A DNA stretch of 64,000 bases, taken from an uncultured Pseudomonadota bacterium. Lineage in GTDB: Bacteria; Pseudomonadota; Alphaproteobacteria; Acetobacterales; Acetobacteraceae. A program made the position numbers and the translations under genes. The stretch covers positions 143,447-207,446 of the forward strand of contig CAVXTC010000029.1 of assembly GCA_963764525.1 (NCBI GenBank). Reading direction: 5' to 3'. Position 1 is the first letter of the stretch. Each line of letters starts with the position of its first letter. Positions 9,869 to 19,056 of this stretch are shown one piece after another. A model generated the notes under the pieces. The model was not told where the DNA came from. It did no database searches and saw only the letters and a list, made by a program, of their open reading frames with translations.

Positions 9869-10720
9869 TCATCCCTTGACCGCCCCCGACGACAGCCCGG
9901 CCACAAGATGCCGTTGCGCGACGAACGAGAACAGGATCACCGGTAACACAACGAGCACGCCCGAGGCGGTCATCGCGCCCCAGTCCACCCCGACATCGCC
10001 GGAATAGCTGGCCATCAGCACCGGCAGCGTCCGGGTTGCATCGGTCGTCAGCACCGCAGCGAAGATGAAATCGTTCCACGCCAGCAGCAGGCACAGAATG
10101 GTGGCTGCCACCAATCCTGGGCGAACCAGCGGAAGCACCACGGAGCGGAAGGCGACGAACCGACTTGCCCCATCGACCCAGGCACTTTCCTCGAGCTCGC
10201 GCGGCAGGTCCTCAAAGAAGCCGCGCATGATCCAGACCACCAGCGGCAGGCTGAACGTGGTGTCGGCAAGCACCACGCTCAGTCGTGTCTGGATGATGCC
10301 GAGTTTGCTGAACAGCACGTACATCGGCACCAGCACCGCGATCGGCGGCAGCATGCGCATGACCAGAAGCGAGAAGAACAGCCAGTTCCGGCCGGCGAAG
10401 CGGAATCGGGCGAATGCGTAAGCGGCCGGCACCCCCACGCACAGCGACAACAGCACTGCCCAACCGGAAATCAGCAGACTGTTCACGAAAGCCGTCTGGA
10501 AGTCGCCGGTACCAAGGACAGCGACATAGTTCTCCAGCGTCGGCTTCCAGAAGAACAGCGGCGGATCGGCGAAGGTCTGGATGCGGGTCTTGAACGACAG
10601 GCCGACGATCCACAGCAACGGGAACAGGAAGAACACCAGCAGCGCACACAGCGCCACATACACCGCTGCGGCGAATCGCCACCGTGCGCGCCGGCCGGCG
10701 GACCGATACCGGGCCATCAA
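9869..10720 (-). CDS. carbohydrate ABC transporter permease (MalG-like)
   Basis: Six TM segments. EAA-type loop ..ESAWVDGASRFVAFRSVVLPLVRPG... Start overlaps the stop of the upstream permease (10717-10720). Confidence 0.85.
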   Translation of the reverse strand: MMARYRSAGRRARWRFAAAVYVALCALLVFFLFPLLWIVGLSFKTRIQTFADPPLFFWKPTLENYVAVLGTGDFQTAFVNSLLISGWAVLLSLCVGVPAAYAFARFRFAGRNWLFFSLLVMRMLPPIAVLVPMYVLFSKLGIIQTRLSVVLADTTFSLPLVVWIMRGFFEDLPRELEESAWVDGASRFVAFRSVVLPLVRPGLVAATILCLLLAWNDFIFAAVLTTDATRTLPVLMASYSGDVGVDWGAMTASGVLVVLPVILFSFVAQRHLVAGLSSGAVKG

Positions 10721-11718
10721 TAGGCGTCCCGCTGCCGGATCATCGCGATGAACGCACCGCAGACCACCAGCGCGATCGCCAGCATCACCCAGGACGCCGC
10801 GGCACCCAGGCTGAGGTCGAACTGCACGAACGAGGCCTGATAGGTGTACACCGACAGCAGCATGGTCGCATTCGCCGGGCCACCGCCGGTCATCACATAG
10901 ACGTTGTCGAAGGCGCGAAACTCAAAGATCGTGCGCAGCAGCAGTGCAACCAGAAGATACGGCCGCAGCAGCGGAAGCGTGACATGCCAGAAGCTTTGCA
11001 GCCGGCTGGCGCCGTCGATCGCCGCCGCTTCCAGCGGCTCGGACGGCAGCGACCGTAATCCCGCCAGCACCAGGATGCAGACGAACGGCGCATTCTGCCA
11101 CACGCTGGCAAGTCCGACCGCGATCAGCGCCAGCCCTGGCCGGCCGAGCCAGATGATGTGCTGGCCGAGGAAAAAGTCGATCACGCCGTGATCCGGATCC
11201 AGCAGCAACTTCCAGCATAGCGCCGCCACGATGGGCGTCATCATCATCGGCACGATCAGCGTGGTGCGGAAAAATCCGATCCAGGGCAGATCGACGTTCA
11301 GCAGCAGCGCTACGCCGAGCCCGAGCCCGAGCTCGGCGGCAACCGTGACTGCGGTGTAATTGAGCGTCAGCCACAGGCTGCTGATAAACACCGGGTCGGT
11401 GACCAAATTCTGATAATTCGCCAGCCCGGCGAGATGTCCGCCGAACAACGTCTCATCCGCGCTCCAACCCTCGAAGCTCAGATAGAGCGAGAAGACCAGC
11501 GGAAGCCCGAACACCAGGGCCATGGTCAGCGCGGTCGGCGACACGGCGAACCAGGCGAACCCGCGATCGAACCAGCGGCTCAGCCGTTCGCCCGAGGCGC
11601 GGGTCGGGATGTCACGCGACGGCTGCAACGGAAGTTCGGCAGCGCGCAGACCGATGCGGGAGGCCATGACGCGCTCAGCCCCGGGCGACGACGCGCGATG
11701 TCGGTCCGGTGGCATCAA
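10717..11718 (-). CDS. carbohydrate ABC transporter permease (MalF-like)
   Basis: EAA loop LEAAAIDGASRLQSFWHVTLPLLRP and multiple TM segments. The true start is possibly the internal MASRIG (about 11667). Confidence 0.8.
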   Translation of the reverse strand: MMPPDRHRASSPGAERVMASRIGLRAAELPLQPSRDIPTRASGERLSRWFDRGFAWFAVSPTALTMALVFGLPLVFSLYLSFEGWSADETLFGGHLAGLANYQNLVTDPVFISSLWLTLNYTAVTVAAELGLGLGVALLLNVDLPWIGFFRTTLIVPMMMTPIVAALCWKLLLDPDHGVIDFFLGQHIIWLGRPGLALIAVGLASVWQNAPFVCILVLAGLRSLPSEPLEAAAIDGASRLQSFWHVTLPLLRPYLLVALLLRTIFEFRAFDNVYVMTGGGPANATMLLSVYTYQASFVQFDLSLGAAASWVMLAIALVVCGAFIAMIRQRDAY

Positions 11719-11831
11719 CGGAAGCAGATGCGCAGATTGGTTGCACGCGGTTTCCTCCTTGCACGGGAAAGGCTAACCTCCGGCCCGATCGTCCGCAACT
11801 CTTGGCCGCCGGCCAGTTTCCCGGAATGGTT

Positions 11832-12848
11832 TCATGGGTCGAATGCCGGCATCACCTCATTAGCAAACAGCTGTACGGAGCGTTGCGCGTCGTCCGGCGA
11901 AATGTCCCCGAACGCAAAGCGGCACAGCACGTAATTGATGCCGCTGTCTTCCACGATCCGCCTGATGAAGTCGCGCACCTTTGTCGGAGTGCCCGCCACC
12001 GCCCGGCCGGACGCCTCGGCTTCATCGAATTCGGCCGGAAAGATCGCCTGCGGATTGGGCAGCTTGCCGTGCTTCAGCCAGAGCTTCAGGAAGCTGTCGC
12101 GCCACATCCGGTACGCCGGGCGCGCCACCTGCGCGGCCTCCCGGTCGGTTTCGGCCATCACCACGTGGCGGCTCACGCCGATCAACGGCAGTTCCTCCGC
12201 CTGGTGACCCAGCGCGGCCCATTCGGCGCGGTAGCGGTCGGTGATGCCGCGCATCAGCGCCGGCGGCAGGTTGGCCACGACATTCACCCGATGCCGCGCC
12301 GCCCAGGGCACCCCGTCGGCGCGGCCGATCCCGTACCACAGAGGCGGATGCGGCATCTGCACCGGCGCCAGCTCGATCGGCACGGCGTCGTAGTCGTAGT
12401 ACTTCCCGTGGAAGGTCAGTTCCCGCGTGGCCAGTCCGGCCAGCACGACCTGAAGAGCTTCCTGGTACATCGCCGGCGCGGCGTCGGCATCCAGCCCCCA
12501 ATATCCCAGTTCGATCGGCGAGATGCCGCGCCCGACCCCAAGCAGCAGCCGCCCGCCGCTGAGGTGGTCGAGCATGCAGATTTCATCGACCAGGCGCAGC
12601 GGATGATAGAGCGGCAGGGTATAGACCAGCGGACCGAAGCGCAGCCGCCTTGTGCGCTGCGCGACGGCGGCCAGCCAGACGCTCGGGGATGGGGCAAGGC
12701 CGAGCGGCGTCGCATGGTGCTCGGCCACGTGGTAGCCATAGAAGCCGGCGCGATCGTAGGCTTTCACCAGCCGCAGCCGGTCCTCGAAGAAGCCGGCCAG
12801 CTTGCCGCTGCGGTCCATGTGGTCGAACACGCCGAACTGCACCTGCAA
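11832..12848 (-). CDS. LLM-class (luciferase-like) flavin-dependent oxidoreductase
   Basis: (M)QFGVFDHMD..YHVAEHHATPLGLAPSP..LSGGRLLLGVGRGISPIE is typical of the bacterial luciferase family. TTG (12848) or GTG (12842) start after GGGAGGG. Confidence 0.85.
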   Translation of the reverse strand: MQVQFGVFDHMDRSGKLAGFFEDRLRLVKAYDRAGFYGYHVAEHHATPLGLAPSPSVWLAAVAQRTRRLRFGPLVYTLPLYHPLRLVDEICMLDHLSGGRLLLGVGRGISPIELGYWGLDADAAPAMYQEALQVVLAGLATRELTFHGKYYDYDAVPIELAPVQMPHPPLWYGIGRADGVPWAARHRVNVVANLPPALMRGITDRYRAEWAALGHQAEELPLIGVSRHVVMAETDREAAQVARPAYRMWRDSFLKLWLKHGKLPNPQAIFPAEFDEAEASGRAVAGTPTKVRDFIRRIVEDSGINYVLCRFAFGDISPDDAQRSVQLFANEVMPAFDP

Positions 12849-13042
12849 TGCGCCCTCCCGGATTGCCGGTTCATGGTGGCCGCAAACGCCGCGTGCTGGC
12901 TACCCCGCACCATCCGTGACACCGGTTTGCCGGCGCCCTATCACCGCGCCTGATTTCCGGGAGCCACGCGCCAGGGGCGCTGGACCAGTGACCGGCGACG
13001 GGGGTAACCTGCGTTCCACCGGATGCACCGGCCGGCTGGGGG

Positions 13043-13303
13043 ATGGGCGTCGGAAGTATCATCGGATATGTCATAGCTGTGGCGCTGATCGCATGGGCGC
13101 TGTGGCGGCGCGCGTATTCGGTGCGGGCGCAACGGATCGCCGGTAACCTGCAACTGGGCGATAATTCCGGAACCATCAATCAGACTTACTCGGGGGCAGC
13201 CAGGGAGCAGGCGCAGCCTGATCGGGTCGGCTGGGCGATCCTGATCATCGGCGTGCTGGTCGCCGTGGCACAACTGGCGCACGACATATTCTGGGCCAAG
13301 TGA
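13043..13303 (+). CDS. small two-TM membrane protein (86 aa) with a G/N/Q-rich loop motif shared with the downstream STAND NTPase
   Basis: ATG at 13043. TM1 GSIIGYVIAVALIAWALW, loop ..RIAGNLQLGDNSGTINQTYSG.., TM2 VGWAILIIGVLVAVAQLAHDIFW. Stop TGA 13301-13303 overlaps the NTPase start (GTGATG). I recognise no family. Support comes from coupling and the shared motif. Confidence 0.55.
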   Translation: MGVGSIIGYVIAVALIAWALWRRAYSVRAQRIAGNLQLGDNSGTINQTYSGAAREQAQPDRVGWAILIIGVLVAVAQLAHDIFWAK

Positions 13304-15859
13304 TGCTGGGCTGGCTGTTCGGACGATCGAATCGCCTGCGCGCTCGTGATCTCGTTGGTAACGTCGTGGTGGGCGGCAACACCGGAATCATTTATCAGAT
13401 TTCCGGCGACGGCCCGCCACCGGCGCCGCCAACCCTGCACTGGGCCGAGGCGCTGCCGCCGCCGGGCTCGCCGTTCGAGCTGTTCAACCTGCTGTCCTGG
13501 AAGTTCCGGCTGGCGCGCGACCTGCTCGGGCGCGATGCGGAGAAACGTGAGCTGCTCGATTGGGCGCGGAACGGCCCGAGGGTCCGCATCCGGTTTCTTA
13601 TAGGCCCGGGCGGGTCGGGCAAGACGCGGCTGGCCGCGGAGTTCGCCGAAGCGCTGACCGGATGGCACGCGGGTTTCGTTCCGCTCGATACCGGGGCGAC
13701 GCTGCCGCTGTCGCGGCGGGGCCTGCTTGTCATTCTCGATTATCCGGAGGCCTGGCGCGAACCGGTCCGCTCACTGCTGCGAGAGGCCGCGCGCGCGGGC
13801 CAGCCGGCCGCGCCGATCCGGATTCTTCTGCTCAGCCGTCGGCCGCTGGCCGAGTGGCGGGAGGAAATCCTGAACTGCGGCGCTTCGACCCTGTGCGATG
13901 CACAGGAGCTCGGGATCGGCCCGCTGGATCGCGACGCAGCCGCGGATGTGTTCCACCGGGCGGTGGCTCGGCTGGCGGCGCATCGTCGGCTGGCAGCGCC
14001 GCGGATCGACAACAGCGCGATCGAAGCCTGGATCAACCAGAATCCCGCCCTGCATGGCCTGCCGCTGCTGACCATCGCCGCGGCAATTCATTTCGTGGAC
14101 CGGCCGGGACGCGCGTTGGGACTTGACGCCGCGGGGATTGTCGATGCGTTGGTCGAACGGGAGCGCCCGCAGCTTGACCGCACCGGTCGGTCGGTCGGGT
14201 TGGGTGAGCTTGGCGCGTCGCGGCTGGTTGGACTGTCGGCGCTGCGGGACGGCCTCGATGCGCCGGCGATCCGACGGCTGGTCGCGCCGGAGCTTGAACT
14301 CGGACTGCCGGATGCGGGCCGGGTTGTCAACGCCTTGCGGGATTCCGGCTGGTGGCACGCGGAGCGTCTGTCCGCGCCGGCCCCGGACATCGTTGCGGCC
14401 GAGTTGCTGCGCCAGGTGCTGGTCGCTGCGGAGGATCGCGGGCACGAATGGGTGTGGGCCTGCTTGTCCGATCCCGGCGCCGTGCAGATTGAGTTGCTCG
14501 ATCGCCGGATGCACGACATGGTGACGCTGCGTGGTCCGGACGAGCGGACTTTGCAGCGCCTCATGATTGCTGCGGTAACCGGCCAGGCTGCGCGCGCGTG
14601 GGCGTGGGCTGGCTTCTCTGATTCCGAAGTGGGTGGATTTCGGCTGAGCCCGGTTTCCGTAGCTATCGGCCACGAGCTGCTGGCGGCAACAGACGCTGCT
14701 GGGGAGGAGCGAGCGGGCATTCTCAACAACCTGTCGAATCATCTGAGCGAAGCCGGCGACGGCGCGGGCGCGCTGGCGGCGATCCGCGAGGCGGTGGAGA
14801 TCCGTCGCCGGCTGGCGCAGGAGACCCCGGCGCGCTTCGCCCCCGATCTCGCGACGAGCCTCAACAACCTGTCGCTCCGTCTGAGCGATGCCGGCGACGG
14901 CGCGGGCGCGCTGGCGGCGATCCGCGAGGCGGCGGACATCTATCGCCGGCTGGCGCAGGAGACCCCGGCGCGCTTCGCCCCCGATCTCGCGATGAGCCTC
15001 AACAACCTGTCGCTCCGTCTGAGCGATGCCGGCGACGGCGCGGGCGCGCTGGCGGCGATCCGCGAGGCGGTGGAGATCTGTCGCCGGCTGGCGCAGGACG
15101 ACCCCGGCGCGCTTCGCCCCCAATCTCGCGAGGAGCCTCAACAACCTGTCGCTCCGGTCTGAGCGATGCCGGCGACGGCGCGGGCGCGCTGGCGGCGATC
15201 CGCGAGGCGACGGACATCTATCGCCGGCTGGCGCAGGAGACCCCGGCGCGCTTCGCCCCCGATCTCGCGAGGAGCCTCAACAACCTATCGCTCAGTCTGA
15301 GCGATGCCGGCGACGGCGCGGGCGCGCTGGCGGCGATCCGCGAGGCGGTGGACACCTATCGCCGGCTGGCGCAGGAGACCCCGGCACGCTTCGCCCCCGA
15401 TCTCGCGACCAGCCTTAACACCCTGTCGGTCCATCTGAGCGATGCCAGCGACGGCGCGGGCGCGCTGGCGGCGATCCGCGAGGCGGTGGAGATCCGTCGC
15501 CGGCTGGCGCAGGAGACCCCGGCGCGCTTCGCCCCCGATCTCGCGACCAGCCTCAACAACCTGTCGCTCCGTCTGAGCGATGCCGGCGACGGCGCGGGCG
15601 CGCTGGCGGCGATCCGCGAGGCGGTGGAATCCGTCGCCGGCTGGCGCAGGAGACCCCGGCGCGCTTCGCCCCCGATCTCGCGACCAGCCTCAACAACCTG
15701 TCGCTCCGTCTGAGCGATGCCGGCGACGGCGCGGGCGCGCTGGCGGCGATCCGCGAGGCGGTGGAGATCCGTCGCCGGCTGGCGCAGGAGACCCCGGCGC
15801 GCTTCGCAGCGGCACTCGAGCGCAGCCTGGTTATCCTGTCTCGCCTGGACACGCCCTGA
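13300..15859 (+). CDS. STAND (NB-ARC-like) P-loop NTPase with C-terminal 46-aa TPR-type repeat array; no recognisable N-terminal effector domain; three frame shifts inside the repeats
   Basis: Walker A GPGGSGKTRLAAEF, Walker B LLVILDYPE, ILLLSRR, GxP-like LHGLPLLTIAAAI. Then eight LNNLSxxLSDAGDGAGALAAIREAxxxxRRLAQETPARFAPDLAxS units. Single-nt indels at ~15099 (+1), ~15157 (+1) and ~15628 (-1) link ORFs 13300..15162 and 15348..15713 and the final frame ending ..LVILSRLDTP-TGA (15857-15859). Confidence 0.8.
14722..15830 (+). repeat. eight near-identical 138-bp tandem coding repeats (TPR-type units of the STAND NTPase)
   Basis: Unit starts (ctcaacaacctg..) at 14722, 14860, 14998, 15137, 15276, 15414, 15552 and 15689. 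The period is 138 bp except where single-nt indels occur. Confidence 0.9.
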
Positions 15860-16119
15860 CGCGCCGTTCAACAGAATTGTATTTGCGAGAGAAACTGTTT
15901 CGGCGCGGATCGCCCATTCGTCATGCCCTGAACGCGCATGGGTCCTACAGAAAGAAATATGAACCGCAGAGGCGCGGAGGACGCGGAGAAGGGTCTCTGT
16001 GCCTCTGCGGCTCTGTGGTTGATCTTCTGCTTGCTTTATTGCTGCGTACGGGTCCCGAACCGAGGAGTTTTTGAGAACTTGTTTCGTATCTTAGCGACTT
16101 CATGCGGAGTCGCCGGGAC

Positions 16120-16212
16120 GCGCTGGGTTCCCGCTTCCGCGGGAATGACGGCGCTTCCGCGGGAATGACGGCACTTCCGCGGAATGATGGGCTCCCGCGG
16201 GAATGACGTTAC
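16120..16212. repeat. REP-like repeat cluster, family A
   Basis: ctgggttcccgcttccgcgggaatgacg followed by three degenerate tandem copies (gcgcttccgcgggaatgacg, gcacttccgcggaatgatg, ggctcccgcgggaatgacg). Confidence 0.7.
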
Positions 16213-16312
16213 GTCCGACTGGTCGGAACTTCGCGGGACGTGACCCGTCCTGACCCCCAATCACCGCGCCCGTCGCTTTACAACCCACCCCCCACCCCCA
16301 ATCCTCGCCGCC

Positions 16313-17573
16313 ATGGAGCACCAGCGCACCAGCCGGGCGCAGCACATGCACGACAGCGTGCCGCCCGACTGGCAGCGGACCATGTGGGCCATGGTCGGCG
16401 TGCAGTTCATCATGACGATGTCGTTCACCATCCTCAGCCCGATCATGCCGCTGTTCCTGCCGCAACTCGGCGTGACCGGTGCCAGACAGATTTACCTTTG
16501 GGCCGGCATCCTGAACGGCACCACCTCGTTCGTCGCTGCGTTCGCTTCGCCGCTGTGGGGGCGGGTCGCCGACCAGCGCGGGCGCAAGCTGATGCTGCTG
16601 CGGTCCAGCTTCGCCATCGCGTTCTTCACCGTGTTGATGGGACTGTCGCCGAACGTCTGGGAGTTCTTCGGCGCGCGCGCGCTGATGGGCGCTTTCGCCG
16701 GATTCTCGGCGTCGGCGATCGCGCTGGTGGCCAGCCAGGTGCCGGAGCAGCGGCTGGGTTATGCGCTCGGGTGGCTCAGCACCGGGCAGTTGGTGGGCGG
16801 GCTGGTCGGGCCGGTGACTGGGCGGCGCGCTGGCGGATGCGACCGGCAGCTACCGCGTGCCGTTCTACTGCACCGCGGCGATCTGCTTCGGCGCCATGGG
16901 GCTGGCCTGGGCGTTCGTGCATGAGCAGTTCACCCCGCCCCCGCCGGGCCGGCGAAGCCGATCCATGGTGGCCAGCCTCGGGCTGCTGACCCGCTCGGCC
17001 GGGCTGCTGCCGCTGTTCTTCGTGCTGCTGCTGGCGCAGTTCGGCGTGCGCACGGTGCAGCCGGTGGTCACGCTGTTCGTCCAGCAACTGGTCGGCAACG
17101 GAGCCAGCCTCGCCACGCTGGCAGGGTTCGCGTTTTCGGTGACCGGGGTGGCCGACCTGGTCGCCTCGCCGTTCCTCGGCAAACGCAGCGACGTGATTGG
17201 CTATCGGCGTGTGTTGCTGATCTGCCTGTTCGGCGCGGCGATGATGAGCCTGCCGCAGGCGTTCGCACACAATTACTGGGAATTCGTCGCCGAGCGGTTC
17301 GGCGTCGGCTGCTTCATCGGCGGCATCCTGCCGACCGCCAACGCGCTGGTGGGGCGGCTGGTGCCGCGGGCGCAGCGCGGCACCGTGTATGGCATGACGG
17401 CCTCGGCGACGTTCCTCGGCAACTCGCTGGGGCCGCTGACCGGCGGGGGCGTGGCGGCGGCGCTGGGGCTGCGCTGGGTGTTCGTGGTCACCGCATTCCT
17501 GCTGCTGGCCAATCTGTGCTGGGTCTGGTTCAGCGTGGCGGAACTGCCCGCCGCGACTCCGCCGGCGAACTGA
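16313..17573 (+). CDS. MFS multidrug-efflux-type transporter (DHA1, MdtG-like), one frame shift
   Basis: ..SPLWGRVADQRGRKLMLLRS.. in ORF 16313..16924. The C-terminal half is in ORF 16857..17573. The frames join as ..LVGPVTG-GALADATGSYRVPFYCTAAI.. with a 1-nt shift near ~16820. Confidence 0.8.
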
Positions 17574-17723
17574 TCACGCTCGCGTGAGGGCGGCTTTTCC
17601 GGCGGCATTCCACGCAAGCTTGCATTGCAAGGCCCGACGAAATGCATCAGGTGCGAAACCTTGGCGTGCGCCCCGGCCTGCGGCGGCGCGCGCCGCGCAT
17701 CGCTGGACGTCCACAGGAGAGAC

Positions 17724-18313
17724 ATGATGATGAAAGTCCGTACCATCGCCCAAATCGCCGCGATCGGCGGCCTCGCCGGCCTGGCCGGCTGCTCGGCCAT
17801 GGGCATGGGAGGCTCGCACGAGCAGGCGGCGGCTCCGCCACCAGCCGCGGCGCCGATGGCGACAGCGACCGCGCCGGCGCCCGCCCCGACCACGGAGCTG
17901 TCGCCGCAGATGCTGCGTCGCGTGCAGACGGCACTGAAGAAGGACGGCGATTACAAGGGGCACGTCGATGGCGTGTGGGGGCCGCAGACCCAGAGCGCGG
18001 TGTCCCAGTATCAGCAGAAGAATAACCTGCAGACCACCGGCAACCTCGATGAGCCGACCTTGGAGGCAATGCACATGGGGGGCGCGCCGGGCTCGATGGG
18101 GGCGTCCAATGATAACGGGACGATGGGCGGCAGCGCCGGTGCAATGAACGGCTCGTCGATGCCCGCCAATGGAACCGACAACGGAACCGGCACCACGACC
18201 GGCACGACCGGCAACGGTGCCACTGGCGCCGGCGCGATGGGCCCCGGAACGGGCACTGGCGCGACGGTACCGGCACGACGGGTACTGGCACGACGGGCAC
18301 CAAGTCCCCGTAA
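17724..18313 (+). CDS. lipoprotein with peptidoglycan-binding (PG_binding_1) domain and Gly/Thr-rich tail, one frame shift
   Basis: AGGAGA then ATG 17724. Lipobox LAGLAGC. PG-binding pattern LRRVQTALKKDGDYKGHVDGVWGPQTQSAVSQYQQKNNLQTTGNLDEPT. The tail continues as ..GTGATGTGTTGTGTTGTKSP-TAA (18311-18313) after a 1-nt deletion near ~18262. Confidence 0.7.
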
Positions 18314-18319
18314 GCAATG

Positions 18320-18343
18320 CGGGCGGGGTGGTGGCCCCGCCCG
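18320..18343 (+). terminator. possible weak intrinsic terminator after the lipoprotein gene
   Basis: cgggcgggg-tggtgg-ccccgcccg (9-bp GC stem, 6-nt loop) followed only by gTTTccc. The U-tract is poor. Confidence 0.35.
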
Positions 18344-18477
18344 GTTTCCCGCCTTGCACAGGGCGGCTCTGGCCGTTATAGAGCCGCCCCTCGGATCGCG
18401 CGCCCGGGCCTGGAAGGGCATGCCCGGCCGCGACGCTCGTTCATACGCAACGGGCCGCAAGGACAAGGAGACGGAAA

Positions 18478-18681
18478 ATGCCCAAGATGAAGACCAAGTC
18501 ATCGGTCAAGAAGCGATTCAAGATGACCGCGACCGGCAAGGTGCTGGCCAGTCCCGGCATGAAGCGCCACGGCCTGATCAACCGGACGCAGAAGGCCAAG
18601 CGCGCCAACCGCCGCCAGCAGGTGCTGACTCCGATGGATGCGCGCACCGTGAAGCAATGGGCGCCGTACGGGCTCGGGTAA
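18478..18681 (+). CDS. rpmI: 50S ribosomal protein L35
   Basis: [25 protein letters not shown].. is the canonical L35 sequence. GGAGA lies upstream. Confidence 0.95.
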   Translation: MPKMKTKSSVKKRFKMTATGKVLASPGMKRHGLINRTQKAKRANRRQQVLTPMDARTVKQWAPYGLG

Positions 18682-18696
18682 GAGGGAAACAGCGCC

Positions 18697-19053
18697 ATGG
18701 CACGCGTCAAGCGGGGCACCACGACCCATGCCCGTCACAAGAAGGTCCTGAAGCAGTCGAAGGGATTCGTCGGCCGCAGTTCCACGACGTATCGCGCGGC
18801 GCTGGAGCGGCTGGAGAAGTCGCTGCAATACGCCTATCGCGACCGGCGCAACAAGAAGCGGGATTTCCGCGGCCTGTGGATCCAGCGCATCAACGCGGCG
18901 GTGCGCGAGCACGGGCTGACCTACAGCCGCTTCATCGATGGGCTGAACAAGGCCGGCATCGAGATCGACCGCAAGGTGCTGGCGGCGATCGCCTATGATG
19001 ACGCCGCCAGCTTCGCGGAGATCGTGCGGAAGGCGCAGGCCGCCCTGGGGTAA
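18697..19053 (+). CDS. rplT: 50S ribosomal protein L20
   Basis: [58 protein letters not shown] is the canonical L20 sequence. Confidence 0.95.
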   Translation: MARVKRGTTTHARHKKVLKQSKGFVGRSSTTYRAALERLEKSLQYAYRDRRNKKRDFRGLWIQRINAAVREHGLTYSRFIDGLNKAGIEIDRKVLAAIAYDDAASFAEIVRKAQAALG

Positions 19054-19056
19054 GCG

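Noticed and set aside
13771-15144. 457-aa minus-strand ORF (and 15356..15871, 15553..15852)
   Set aside because: Antisense to the STAND NTPase and TPR repeats. Its repetitiveness simply mirrors the sense-strand repeats.
14722-15830. Possible CRISPR array, because of regular direct repeats
   Set aside because: The period is 138 bp with no unique spacers. The whole unit is repeated and encodes an in-frame TPR-type protein repeat.
17625-18998. 457-aa ORF covering the lipoprotein gene, rpmI and rplT
   Set aside because: Only its first third (from ATG 17724) is real. After the ~18262 frame shift it runs out of frame across the canonical L35 and L20 genes.
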